Shown here: positions 9,178 to 20,206 of the stretch, one piece after another
Layout: every line of letters begins with the position of its first letter
Position numbering within the stretch: the first letter of the stretch is position 1
Assembly (NCBI GenBank): GCA_017499595.2
Contig: JAFIQS020000017.1
Coordinates: 62,001 to 112,174, forward strand
Length of the DNA: 50,174 nucleotides
Source of the DNA: Psilocybe cubensis
Lineage: Eukaryota
Direction of reading: 5' to 3'
Program-made: the position numbers and the translations under genes
Notes under the pieces: model-generated
Database searches by the model: none
What the model was told of the DNA's origin: nothing
Seen by the model: only the letters and a program-made list of their open reading frames with translations

Positions 9178-10892
9178 TTAACATACTTAGAGGCACAATA
9201 TAAAAAATCTGCTCTGATAGAGTTGTGGCATATAGAAATTAGATTACTTTATGTCTGCAAAACTACTTGCAGTTTTGAGGCTGTAATGAGTTGATAGCCA
9301 AATACTGGTTATGGATCAATATTACTACCATTATATATATCATAGATGTTATTGATTACATTATATATCATTGAACTAAAATGCCCTTTAAAACAGCATT
9401 CCATCGCAGTTAAAATCATGAGATTTGGTGAAGAAATGACCATTTTACACCTTTAACAATTTTTGGCCTTTGGATGGCTGGGAGCGGGAGCCACTCTCAG
9501 CCGCGTCTATTTTTGGCCGTGTCATTCAGCATTGACCATGTTTAGACGAGAGAGCATATCTACATGAATTCTGCACCGATTTTCATGATTCAAGATGATA
9601 AATGCTCGGTTTTTTAAAGTCAACATGTCTATTCTCATCTCAAATTCCAAACCATATTTCTCAGATCTGCAGCATGCAAGTTCTCTTTGTTATCATCATG
9701 TGATTTTTGATAAATCGCTTATTTCATGTACTATTTGCATTCAAGCCTTACTTTTAAGACTCAAATGTGTGTTATATGTGTGTTGGACTTCATTAGTTCT
9801 GAATTATAAGAAGGTAACTGTCTAGAATGAAGAAATATAGGCATGTATCAGGTTTTGTGACAAAACCTTGCGTGACGTGTGATTATCCCTGCCTGTCACG
9901 CTATCAGGGATTGTGCAACACCACTGTATGTTATCATTGTCAAACAGGAACAATTTACCAACCTGTGCGGGATTCGTGTCGGTTCCGATTGCCCTCCTGA
10001 ATTTTCCGAAGAGAAGAATAAGATTCTAAGCTAACTACTCATTGGTGTGCCTTCTTGGCAAACGACAGCTTCTAACCTTTTCCATGCTCTAGGCAAATAT
10101 TTTCTAGTACGTGCCCCTGTATATAAATATACCAGACTACTACTAGTGGTGTTGCACAATCCCTGATAGCGTGACAGGCAGGGATAATCACGCGTCACGC
10201 AAGGTTTTGTCACAAAACCTGATACATGCCTATATTTCTTCATTCTAGACAGTTACCTTCTTATAATTCAGAACTAATGAAGTCCAACACACATATAACA
10301 CACATTTGAGTCTTAAAAGTAAGGCTTGAATGCAAATAGTACATGAAATAAGCGATTTATCAAAAATCACATGATGATAACAAAGAGAACTTGCATGCTG
10401 CAGATCTGAGAAATATGGTTTGGAATTTGAGATGAGAATAGACATGTTGACTTTAAAAAACCGAGCATTTATCATCTTGAATCATGAAAATCGGTGCAGA
10501 ATTCATGTAGATATGCTCTCTCGTCTAAACATGGTCAATGCTGAATGACACGGCCAAAAATAGACGCGGCTGAGAGTGGCTCCCGCTCCCAGCCATCCAA
10601 AGGCCAAAAATTGTTAAAGGTGTAAAATGGTCATTTCTTCACCAAATCTCATGATTTTAACTGCGATGGAATGCTGTTTTAAAGGGCATTTTAGTTCAAT
10701 GATATATAATGTAATCAATAACATCTATGATATATATAATGGTAGTAATATTGATCCATAACCAGTATTTGGCTATCAACTCATTACAGCCTCAAAACTG
10801 CAAGTAGTTTTGCAGACATAAAGTAATCTAATTTCTATATGCCACAACTCTATCAGAGCAGATTTTTTATATTGTGCCTCTAAGTATGTTAA
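9178..10892. repeat. 748-bp near-perfect inverted repeat (arms 9178-9925 and 10145-10892, 219-bp spacer)
   Basis: The arms are reverse complements. Spot checks found one mismatch (9878 vs 10192). Identical 76-aa track ORFs appear on opposite strands. Confidence 0.97.
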
Positions 10893-11293
10893 AGTGCCTA
10901 TTTTACATGTATATCTCAGAAACCAGGAAGAATTTCAAAATTCGGCTCTGATAGGTCGATTCCAAATTCAATTCTAATGAACAAAACTCTACAGATCATA
11001 CCTATATGTGTATTTCTTGAGGAGATAATGCATAAATATCTTTGAGGTCTAAATTTGGCAGGCAAAACACCTTGATTAAGCATTTAAAACACATTGACAA
11101 CTTTTTACAGCTAATTAATACCATAGGTACAGAGATAAACTATCTTCTGCCTCTATTGACATAAAAAATGGCGAAACCTTGATTTGTGCAAAGCACAAAC
11201 TCAATGTCTCAAGAAATTGCCTGGTCACAGGTGTGACCTCGCCTGTCACTTGGTGTCACACTAACCGGGGATTGGACATCCCCACTACTAGTG
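10138..11293. mobile_element. Non-autonomous CACTA/CMC-like DNA transposon (about 1.15 kb); a second, Gypsy-interrupted inverted copy lies at 9178-9925
   Basis: Right end ...CCACTACTAGTG (reverse complement CACTAGTAGTGG) and left end TACTACTAGTGG, with imperfect TIRs extending about 40 bp (caatccc..tag.gtgaca). Subterminal GTGAC/GTCAC repeats; AT-rich, non-coding interior. No convincing TSD. Confidence 0.55.
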
Positions 11294-11734
11294 CATACGC
11301 GCGATTCAGTTGCAGGGATCGATGATGATTCAAGTCAAGTTTGAGCTGCGAAGTTTTCGTCGAGGCCTGTGATCCCAAACCGCGAGGGCCATGCCATGAA
11401 GTCTAGCGTAGGCTTCTAACTGTCGGTGTTTTGCATGATCCTATGATTCGTCAGTTCAATCATGACACGCTTAAGTGAAGGCGTAGTTTCCTAATGTCGG
11501 TAGATTGAACGAACCCTCTGGCTCGACTGCCTCAAACCAAATGACGGATATCTTTGGCAATATCAAAGCGCATGGTATTCTCGGACCTGAAATGAAAATC
11601 ACTCGCCACTCTTGGATGACCCACATCCAATTTTGCTACTCTAGTACCGCCCTTATGGATTCAAAATTTTACGTCCTCTCTTTATGGTTTGGCATCCAGG
11701 TACCTGCCAATAGGCTCCAGCCTAAACGATATTA

Positions 11735-12096
11735 CAGCTATTTTCATATCGATAGGCCCAACCTTAAAATATATTCATACAGTCGGCCTTGAATTTTTGC
11801 GTAACCTAGTTACATAAGGAATGCTCCGATGTTGAGTTTATATCAAACTATGGTACGATCTGGCAGCAAAGCATCGACATACCTTTCAAGTTTGAGAAGG
11901 GAATGGCTTTAGGGTTGCTGCTAATGTGGTGGTACTGATCTTAGTTCTCATAGCTCGACTTTTTGTAAATACTCATTGACGATTTTGCGAGTTTCCGTGA
12001 TTTTTCCGTCTTCAGATTTTATGTTCCGCTCGATAAAATTCGTTGTTCGTGTATGTGTAAATTTAGGGAATAGGTCTATCGATATGAAAATAGCTA
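11735..12096. mobile_element. Tc1/mariner-type MITE (about 360 bp)
   Basis: TIR cagctattttcatatcgataggcc / ggtctatcgatatgaaaatagcta (2 mismatches in 24), flanked by TA on both sides (11733-34, 12097-98). Confidence 0.65.
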
Positions 12097-13822
12097 TAAC
12101 CATTCAAATATTTAAGGAGTACGTTATGTACAATATGTATTGGCTGAGATCCAAATGAGCTTCGGGAGCTAGTCCAAAGCTAGCCTGAAAGGGGCGATGA
12201 TTGCTCAATTACTTTTATATAACTCGAAGACCACGCTCATTGCAAACAATTGTCCCGGAGATAGGAGAAGCGATATTTCAAGCATCGGAACCAATTACGC
12301 GTCGGTGTTTTCCACTGCTTGCCCTCAACATGGGAAAAAAATGCAGTAGCGTGGCCGTGCTCAGCGGCCGTGGCCGGCGTGTTGGCCATGACGGAGCCCA
12401 TGACGTTCACACGAACGAATTGAAAATCCACAACTTGGGTATCACTTTACTCATTTTTGCTTGCTAGGTAACGTTCTGTCGCGACAAACGTTTGGTCATA
12501 TGCATTCCTCGCTCGTATTTCCACCATAAGAATTGAATGAGCACGTTAGACCCAAATGTCATGACATACTCCGAAATGCACACTCGGTACATTTCCGACT
12601 CGCTGCCAAGGAGCATGCACGTCGCACGCGCAATCTTGCAATATCATTGCCAGCGCCGAAGACAAGATAGTAGCAGATCACGATATATAACACTAGGCAT
12701 TGACTTGGTTGCCCGTGCCAGCGCGCGCGCGAGGCGGTACTCTGAGCTCAGGGTGACCTACGTCCCTGTAACACTAACGTCCCTGTAACTCTAAGCACAA
12801 CGGACCATGTGGCAGCCTTGAGGATGAAGTCATACGTTACTTACGCAATCTTTGCTCACTTTACTGTTTCTCACTCCTCAAGAAACATATGTGTTTACAG
12901 ATATCTACTTACCAACGCAGCATCAAAATAGGGATATAACCTGTAAGAGGCGGTGCTTGATACATACTCAATGAACTTATCCCTCCTTACGGGCACCAGT
13001 GAGGGCTTTGCAAGAGGTTTGTGTTCTGTCCGCCATATTGTCATATAGTTTGTTACGTTTAATTGACAGGATACTGCTCCGAGAATACAGGAAACATAGA
13101 CCGACTCCTGCCGCAAATAAATTGATATGAACTCTGCATTCCCGGTCTTGCATGTTATTTCAAAACGCTAACGTTCTGGTGCGATACAGTTGTAAAACAT
13201 CGTTGGATGATGTTTTGCAAAGCTTCAGTTCACGCGTGGTGTTAGGGAAGGTCCTCCTAACTGAGTACTGTACAAGAACGACCAGTTAAAATAAACGCGA
13301 CATAATACGTTTGTGATGCCTAACACCGTTTAGGCTTAATCATCACTACAGAAAAGGTGTTCAATCTTTGAAGCTGTGATACTATGCTTGGCCTTAATTT
13401 CAGTATGATGATGTGTCATCGCCCAGAACAAGATTTCTCATCGAACAAATTGAACTAAAAGAACGTTTAAATTCCAAAAAGCGGTACGGTAAACATAAGA
13501 ATACGGATAAAATAACTACTATCTAACAAATCCCAACAAACTGAAGCAGATACAACGGGCGAAGCGGTCTTCAACACCCATCAGAGAAAAAACCAAGTAT
13601 ACAATATTATATCACCGACACCGAAACATTGAGCCAAAAAACTTCAGATTCCTATCACGCAACCCTATAACCTGAAAAAAGGTTTCAGAGCGCGAGATGA
13701 AGAAAAGCTGAGAGATGAACGTTTGATATAGTATAGGTAATCTTTGCTTGGGAGAAACCTCCTGCACTGTCGTTGAGCTCATGCCCAGAATGCCCAGGCC
13801 TCCGCTTCACCCAGTCACTCCT

Positions 13823-14610
13823 TCATGCCGAGTTACCAGGTGCTACATCTGGACCAGCGTTAGCACTGGCTTCCCTTTTCCATGGTCGATTCGGTGGAGT
13901 GTCGGCCCTTCTCCAAGGGTAGATAGGATCCTTCCGCCTCCAGTCACGGTCTCCGGGGGTGGGTACTGGAGACGCATCTCGCCTCCAATCGCGATCTCCA
14001 GGAGCGGGGGCAGGAGACGCATCTCGCCGCCAATCCTTGTCGCCGAGGGGAGCAGCATCAGCGACAGCTTCTCGTCTCCAGTCCTGGTTCGGTTGGCCTC
14101 GCTTCCATGATTGGTTTGGTGGGCCTGCAGCATCACGCCTCCAATCGGAGTTTGGCGGTCCTGCGCGTCTCCAATCACTGTTAGGAGGGCCTGCATGCTT
14201 CCAGTCCTGGTTAGGGGGTCCTGCGACGCTGTCGCGCTTCCAATCACGGTCTGGCGGCGTAGCCTCCGCAGTTAGAGCTGAGTCCTCAACGTCGCGCTGT
14301 ACGGTGTGCTCGATGCTATACACGGACTGATGGATGATATGGAAGCTCAGCATGTGAGGCGCAAATGATGGTGAGCCAGCTACGCACCGCAACATCCCTC
14401 TCCACACTAACGACGTGGCGAGCGTCGAGGTCTGCGCTGATCTAGATCGGCAAACGGCATATTAGAACGAGTCGTTGAGCGGGGGTGGTGTCGAAAACAG
14501 AGAGACGGGTGTTAAGAGGGAGTTCAAGAGAAAGGTATACGCACAGGAGATGCTAAAGTAGTTGTAAGGAGCGTGAGAGCAGCGAATACAGTGAGGCTGG
14601 TAAAATGCAT
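13823..14610 (-). CDS. Secreted Kex2-processed repeat protein (KEP) peptide precursor, about 207 aa; exons 14610-14545, 14441-14388, 14326-13823
   Basis: Signal peptide MHFTSLTVFAALTLLTTTLA-SP; two GTGCGT..AG phase-0 introns; TATA-like box near 14652-14660; 11 Trp-ended repeats, 10 followed by KR/RR. Confidence 0.88.
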
Positions 14611-17288
14611 GATAGTGGAACTGGGGGAAAAAGCTCAACTTCGGCACATGTTATTTATATACGTGCCTTTGCTCCTTCGTCAATAGAATTGTCTTCAGGG
14701 TGCACTGACCGCAACTCGGCGTGCCTAGTATCTGAGGAACCATATGCACCGTCGGCTTAGGCAAGATGCGCTACCCCATCTGGAGCATGCTTTCCGATCA
14801 ATCAGCGAACCTTAAGATGCCCTCATACGAACTGTCACCCAGTGGCTCTGTTGTCGTCCCGTCTATGGTAAACATGACCCGCTCCAAGCTCATTCTGAGC
14901 TCTAAGCGAAGATACCGTGCTTCGCTTTACCACTCGCTACCTAATGAATGCGTCATCTCTGGCAGCATGGTAGGAGGAGCAAGAAGGAGACGGCGATTGA
15001 GCCTGAGGGTAGGACTCAGCCGAGCCGAAAGTATGCAGCATGCCATAAAGAATTAACGATATCCGCGTTCCGAGCCCCGTGGTTCAGCACAAGTCCATCG
15101 GGTGGAAAAACACCGGCCAAAAAGGCATGATGTGGGAAAATGCGGGGAACAGGTCTACATCGAGGCAATGAGGGTCCGGATGCCTGTTTCACTTAGTCGA
15201 ATTGACTGCATCTCAGTTTTCTGCAAATCACAGATGATCAGCGGCGCGTGGGGGATCCTGTGCAGTATCCATGAGTAGGGACCTATAGTCTTTGTAAATG
15301 TACCACTCTAAAGTCTATTGCTTTAGTGAGATCGGAAGGCTATACCCCGTATAGCCATCGCGTTCAGGTCCCCGCAGCGTGCTTGACCGGCTAGTCGAAG
15401 AATTACAAAGTGAGTCGCGTCAGAACCTCTCTTAACCCTCCCACTACTCTTCTACCGCCATCTACTGAAATAAACTGTATAAACTGAAAATTTCATGACA
15501 TCGAGTAGTCGGCGATAACGGAATTAGTGAAATACAGAGTGACACGCTATGCGTATGTTCAAATTTCTTCGTCAATTTATGGTCTAGTGCCAGAGAACCA
15601 GCGCAATTCTTGAGAAAACATGAACACGTTGACAGTAAGCCGAGTCACTGTGTGTATGCCGCATAGGTGATATATCCAAACGAAGTAGTAGACTGCAGTT
15701 AATGGTAAATTACCTAGTGTATCCTATACGACATTGATCATAATCGGAAGTTAGTCACACAATGAAGTACCCTGATGCGGATCTAGTATCTTCGGGGTAC
15801 TTTACTCTGGCAGCGCTCCAGCAGAAGTGAAAGGTGCTCATGTCATCGTTAGACTACAACCGTATAAAATATTTCCCTATAGTTAAATTATGGTCTAAAG
15901 ATCAGTTGACTGTTCAATGCTTAAATTCTTAAACAGATGCACACTCTTTTCCATCTTGAGTTTCTGTACATGTCGCAACTCTGATCATAATACTTGTTTG
16001 GAATGGTTGCCAAAAACAATACTCAATATTTTTTCCTGAATTGCTTTGAATTTTCTTGTGCAGTGACCTCAAAGCCCTTTCAAACAAAATAAACCTGTAT
16101 TCTGAGAATTTATATCTGACCATGCTGTTCTGATGAAATATATCCCGAAGTTGTTGTGCAAGTTGGAAAGACTTGACTCGAATTGAAGGTGACCACGTTA
16201 TCTTATCTTATCTCCCCGCCCTTACAGCCACAACATTAGGTAATCCCATTAATTTAAACCCCGCCGTCTTGACGTTTCGTTCCGCTTCGTGGTTTCTTCC
16301 TATTCACAATCCAATCCTAACTTTATAAGTTGACTCTGTCTGTGTTTCTCCCCTTTTATAAGAACTCAATGAGACCAGATGTTTCTCATGGAAATATCGT
16401 GGCTGAATCCTCGTTTGGACTGCTTCTGCCGTTACGAACATGGTTGTGCGCTGGCGTATAACGAAACGACTACCCCCCCTCTATCATTGGTCATTCTGCC
16501 GTTTGTTTTTCCGTGTTCCTCAAATACGTTCAGTCTAAATCGATAATTCAGGTTCTATGACGTGAGCAACAACATAAATGTCGTTTTATTTCAATGTTGA
16601 GCGAATAACGACGTCTAGGTTCATACCTTCAGCTGTATCTATCTGAGCGTGGACGGAGTTGATCGATATCAAGTGGCCTAGTACTCTCTCAACCATACCA
16701 GAACAAGTGTACTTTTGTGCAGTTTAACTTGACGCTATATGGCTATGCGTGCTTCGCAATTCGCCAATTGGACGATGTCATAGGTTCAACCCTTCAAACA
16801 TCATCACTGTCGCAACATATACGAAGTCGAATGTATGTTGCACAGGACATTCCTGATGTTCCGGACACCACTTGACGTCAACTGCCACCAATCCTTGAAT
16901 ACCAGCCGGCCCGTCGCATAAAGAGTAGCAGGTTGTTGGTTGCTGTTCTCTGATGCTTCAAAACCTTCAAAGCCTCGGTTGGCAATCTTAACTCATTCCG
17001 TGGAGTCCAGGGTAGACATCTGACGCCCCGTGCTATTGGTATGTACTTCTATTCTCAACATATAGTTCTCTCTATATGTCACTCACCGTCCTAAAGTTAT
17101 CTCACCTTCAATCTGATTTACGGCTCGTACAAGTCCATGTGATCAATACATCTCCACTGTTCAACACTTACGATACACCATCGAAGGACACGTCTACGGG
17201 CCGCTCAAGGGATCTACCATGACATTCCAATAGATGCATTGTTCAGCAAATAAAAGCATTGCACAATGTCTCGAATCACCAAGTCTTA

Positions 17289-18485
17289 ATGTTTCAATAC
17301 CTCGTACCATTTTTGCTTCTAGCAGTGCCTACTCTTGCGCTTCCCGCTCCAGGCGCATGTACCACTCTCCCTGAAAACATCGATTTCACGACAAACCCCG
17401 CCCTCCCAAATCCCTTCGCGTTTCTCGATGGTACACCCGTCGTTACACCTGAACAGTGGGCCTGCCGCCGCGAGGAGATTGGGCAATTATTCCAGCGTTT
17501 CGAACTTGGTACTCTCCCACCTAGGCCAGAACAAGTTTTTGGATCTTTCTCCAACGGTGTCCTCACCGTCAACGCAACCGAGGCCGGGAAATCCATTTCC
17601 TTCACTGTCCCTATCACCCCACCCAAGAACCTGACCCTGGCGGGTAAAGGTCCTTTCCCCGCTGTCATCGCCGTCGGTGGAGCCAGCGTCCCCATTCCAT
17701 CAGACGTTGCTCTGATCAACTTCAACAATAACGATATCGCTCTCCAGAACGATCAGAGCAGCCGAGGAGTAGGCAAATTCTTCACCCTTTACGGCTCAAA
17801 CCACTCTGCGGGTGCCCTCATCGCATGGACATGGGGTATCGGACGCATCATCGACGTGTTGGAGACCACACCGGGCCACAACATTGACGTGAAACGGCTT
17901 GGAGTTACTGGATGCAGTCGTAACGGCAAAGGCGCATACGTCGCTGGTGCCTTCGAGGAGCGAATCGCGCTCACGCTGGTTCAGGAGTCTGGGTCTGGCG
18001 GCGCAGGGTGCTGGCGCATCTCCGACGACATGCTCAACAAACAGAACATCACCACGCAGACTGCATCCGAGATTGTCCAGGAGAACGTTTGGTTCTCTCC
18101 TAACTTCAATCCATTCGTGAATGAGGTCACGGTCCTCCCATTTGACCACCACATGCTCGCTGGCCTCGTCGCTCCCCGCGGGCTGCTAGTGATCGACAAC
18201 ACCGGCATCGACTGGCTCGGTCCCGAGTCGGTGTGGGGATGCCAGACAACTGGACACCTCATCTACGAAGCACTCGGGATCCCTAGCTCAATGGGAATCA
18301 CTCAGGAGGGTAACCACGACCACTGTGCACTTCCCGCAGACGAAGCACCCGACGTTTCCGCATTCATCAGCCGATTCCTCAAGGGCCAGAATGTGAATAC
18401 CACTGTTTTCGACACTGATGGGCCGAACAATGTTGGCTTTGTTCCATCCACCTACATCAATTGGAATGTTCCCAAACTTCATTGA
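17289..18485 (+). CDS. Secreted glucuronoyl esterase (4-O-methyl-glucuronoyl methylesterase, CE15), catalytic domain only, no CBM1
   Basis: Signal peptide MFQYLVPFLLLAVPTLA; CE15 nucleophile motif GCSRNGK, QESG-GG--CWR, PFDHH and H-HC motifs; single uninterrupted ORF. Confidence 0.95.
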   Translation: MFQYLVPFLLLAVPTLALPAPGACTTLPENIDFTTNPALPNPFAFLDGTPVVTPEQWACRREEIGQLFQRFELGTLPPRPEQVFGSFSNGVLTVNATEAGKSISFTVPITPPKNLTLAGKGPFPAVIAVGGASVPIPSDVALINFNNNDIALQNDQSSRGVGKFFTLYGSNHSAGALIAWTWGIGRIIDVLETTPGHNIDVKRLGVTGCSRNGKGAYVAGAFEERIALTLVQESGSGGAGCWRISDDMLNKQNITTQTASEIVQENVWFSPNFNPFVNEVTVLPFDHHMLAGLVAPRGLLVIDNTGIDWLGPESVWGCQTTGHLIYEALGIPSSMGITQEGNHDHCALPADEAPDVSAFISRFLKGQNVNTTVFDTDGPNNVGFVPSTYINWNVPKLH

Positions 18486-18909
18486 CGCGTACGCATTTGT
18501 AACTAGGCTTGTGTAGCAGAGTCGTGCATGTTTGATTTACTTTCTTCAAGAAAAAAATCTGAACGCATTTGGTTCGTATGTTGGTTGCTCCAATGCTTGA
18601 CATGAGGCCCGACATAATCATATTGTATTGACCATTAGATCCCTAAGTGGGCCTGTGTCATGGCCTCAGAAATTTTTATCATTTTTCGAAGCTTCTAATA
18701 TGTTCTCTTTTGAAAATGGTAATCAAGGCACTACCCATCAACAGTGCCAACACCGCATGCGTCAGTGTAAACAAACTGAGTGCCATTACTAAACTCACTA
18801 TATAATATAGCTCTTCAACGGGGCATTTTATTCCCAATCACTCCGTCCCTCCTCAAAAATTATTTTATCTTACTCTGCGGGCTAACCCATATTGTTACTT
18901 GTTTCTATC

Positions 18910-20061
18910 ATGAATAGATTTGGTACGCCAACTCGAAGGCACTGCTCATCGCAGATGAGACCTAAAAGTCCACACTGGGATAGCCCAAACTCTCCGACAA
19001 AGCGTCCCGCTGCCTTTTACGGCAACAGCGTCGACTACAGAGGCAATCCTTCATCTAGCAGGCTTCCATCGCAGGTTGATCTTCTCCTCTCAACGCCATC
19101 TCGAAGGTCCCAATATCCAAATAATACTGCTGTGTTCTCTGAGGCATCCCTGAACATTGAAGAATGTCGTGAAGAAGTAGGAAAAATGATGAACTTGATG
19201 TCCACCGCTCATACACGCCTTGAAAATCTTCCGTATGGCCAACCACAAAGCTGGATTCAGTACTGGAAAAATGAACGTGCAGCTGCTCTTGTCGCTATTC
19301 GTCGGATGCTTGGAAATATGAACAAATCAAACAATATGACCCCCGCTGAGTACTTTCTCCAGGAGTTCTGGCGCGATCCAGAGAACGGTGTCCCACTTGT
19401 CCTGCCCACTGTCGCATACACTGATGCATGCAACAAAGGCATCGGGTTCTTCATGCCAGCGCCAGGCGGCCACCAGCAGGCTCTAGGGTTGGCCTGGTCG
19501 TGGAAGACAGGAAAGAACTACATAATTCCGCGCATATTAGACGGGTCAGTATATGCCTCATGGGGAGAGTTGATTGCAGTGGAGATCACACTTGAAACTC
19601 TGCTGACTCTTCATCAGTACGAATCCATCCAATCCCGGAGATACCCTCCCGATCCCCCTTGTTTCGTCATTCTTTCAGATAACCAGGATGTAGTCACCTC
19701 CCTCTCAAGCCAAAACAGGTGGGTTGATCGACGAGCCGTCTTTTTGGAGGAGCTCGATTCTGTTGTGGGCAGGATTGGGAAAACATGCTTAGACCATAAT
19801 GTGCAATTGCACGTTCGTTGGATTCGCGGAAGCAACAACTACGCCGACCCATGGTCGCGCATGGAGTTCTCCAAAGAAAACGCTGACTCTATGGAGGAGT
19901 GGCACGAGAAGATAAAGATGAAACTGTTTGATCACGGAATTACTGTGCCAGCCGTCCCGTATCATCACCGTCTGCTTCTCGAACCTTGCTGGTTCAAACA
20001 CCGTACCCAATCCTTCCGTGGGTCTCCCCGGAAGAGCACCCGGTCCTTCCATCCGTATTAA
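18910..20061 (+). CDS. Stand-alone RNase H-fold protein resembling the DIRS/Ngaro retrotransposon RNase H
   Basis: Motifs YTDACNKGIG, WGELIAV, LSDNQDVV, WIRGSNNYADPWSR (four catalytic acidic residues). TATA-like tatataa near 18799. No RT motif in the ORF. Confidence 0.75.
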   Translation: MNRFGTPTRRHCSSQMRPKSPHWDSPNSPTKRPAAFYGNSVDYRGNPSSSRLPSQVDLLLSTPSRRSQYPNNTAVFSEASLNIEECREEVGKMMNLMSTAHTRLENLPYGQPQSWIQYWKNERAAALVAIRRMLGNMNKSNNMTPAEYFLQEFWRDPENGVPLVLPTVAYTDACNKGIGFFMPAPGGHQQALGLAWSWKTGKNYIIPRILDGSVYASWGELIAVEITLETLLTLHQYESIQSRRYPPDPPCFVILSDNQDVVTSLSSQNRWVDRRAVFLEELDSVVGRIGKTCLDHNVQLHVRWIRGSNNYADPWSRMEFSKENADSMEEWHEKIKMKLFDHGITVPAVPYHHRLLLEPCWFKHRTQSFRGSPRKSTRSFHPY

Positions 20062-20206
20062 ATCTGGCCGCAAATAATGCTTAGAATGATGTTATTACAC
20101 GCTCGTTATATTGTCTATATATTCTTATATTGTTACAGGTTAGGTTAAGTTAGGTTTTAGGTGGGTTAACCGCCGATAAGTAAGTTTGCGATTCCATAGC
20201 CGTGAG

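Noticed and set aside
9595-10475. Two identical 76-aa ORFs on opposite strands
   Set aside because: A by-product of the inverted repeat in AT-rich transposon sequence; no recognisable protein features.
13880-14260. Regularly spaced short DNA repeats resembling a CRISPR array
   Set aside because: Eukaryotic context and no cas genes; the repeats are codon-level copies of the D-W-R-R peptide motif.
15765-15803. Imperfect hairpin aagtaccctga...tcggggtactt
   Set aside because: Isolated short stem with no supporting context; compatible with chance.
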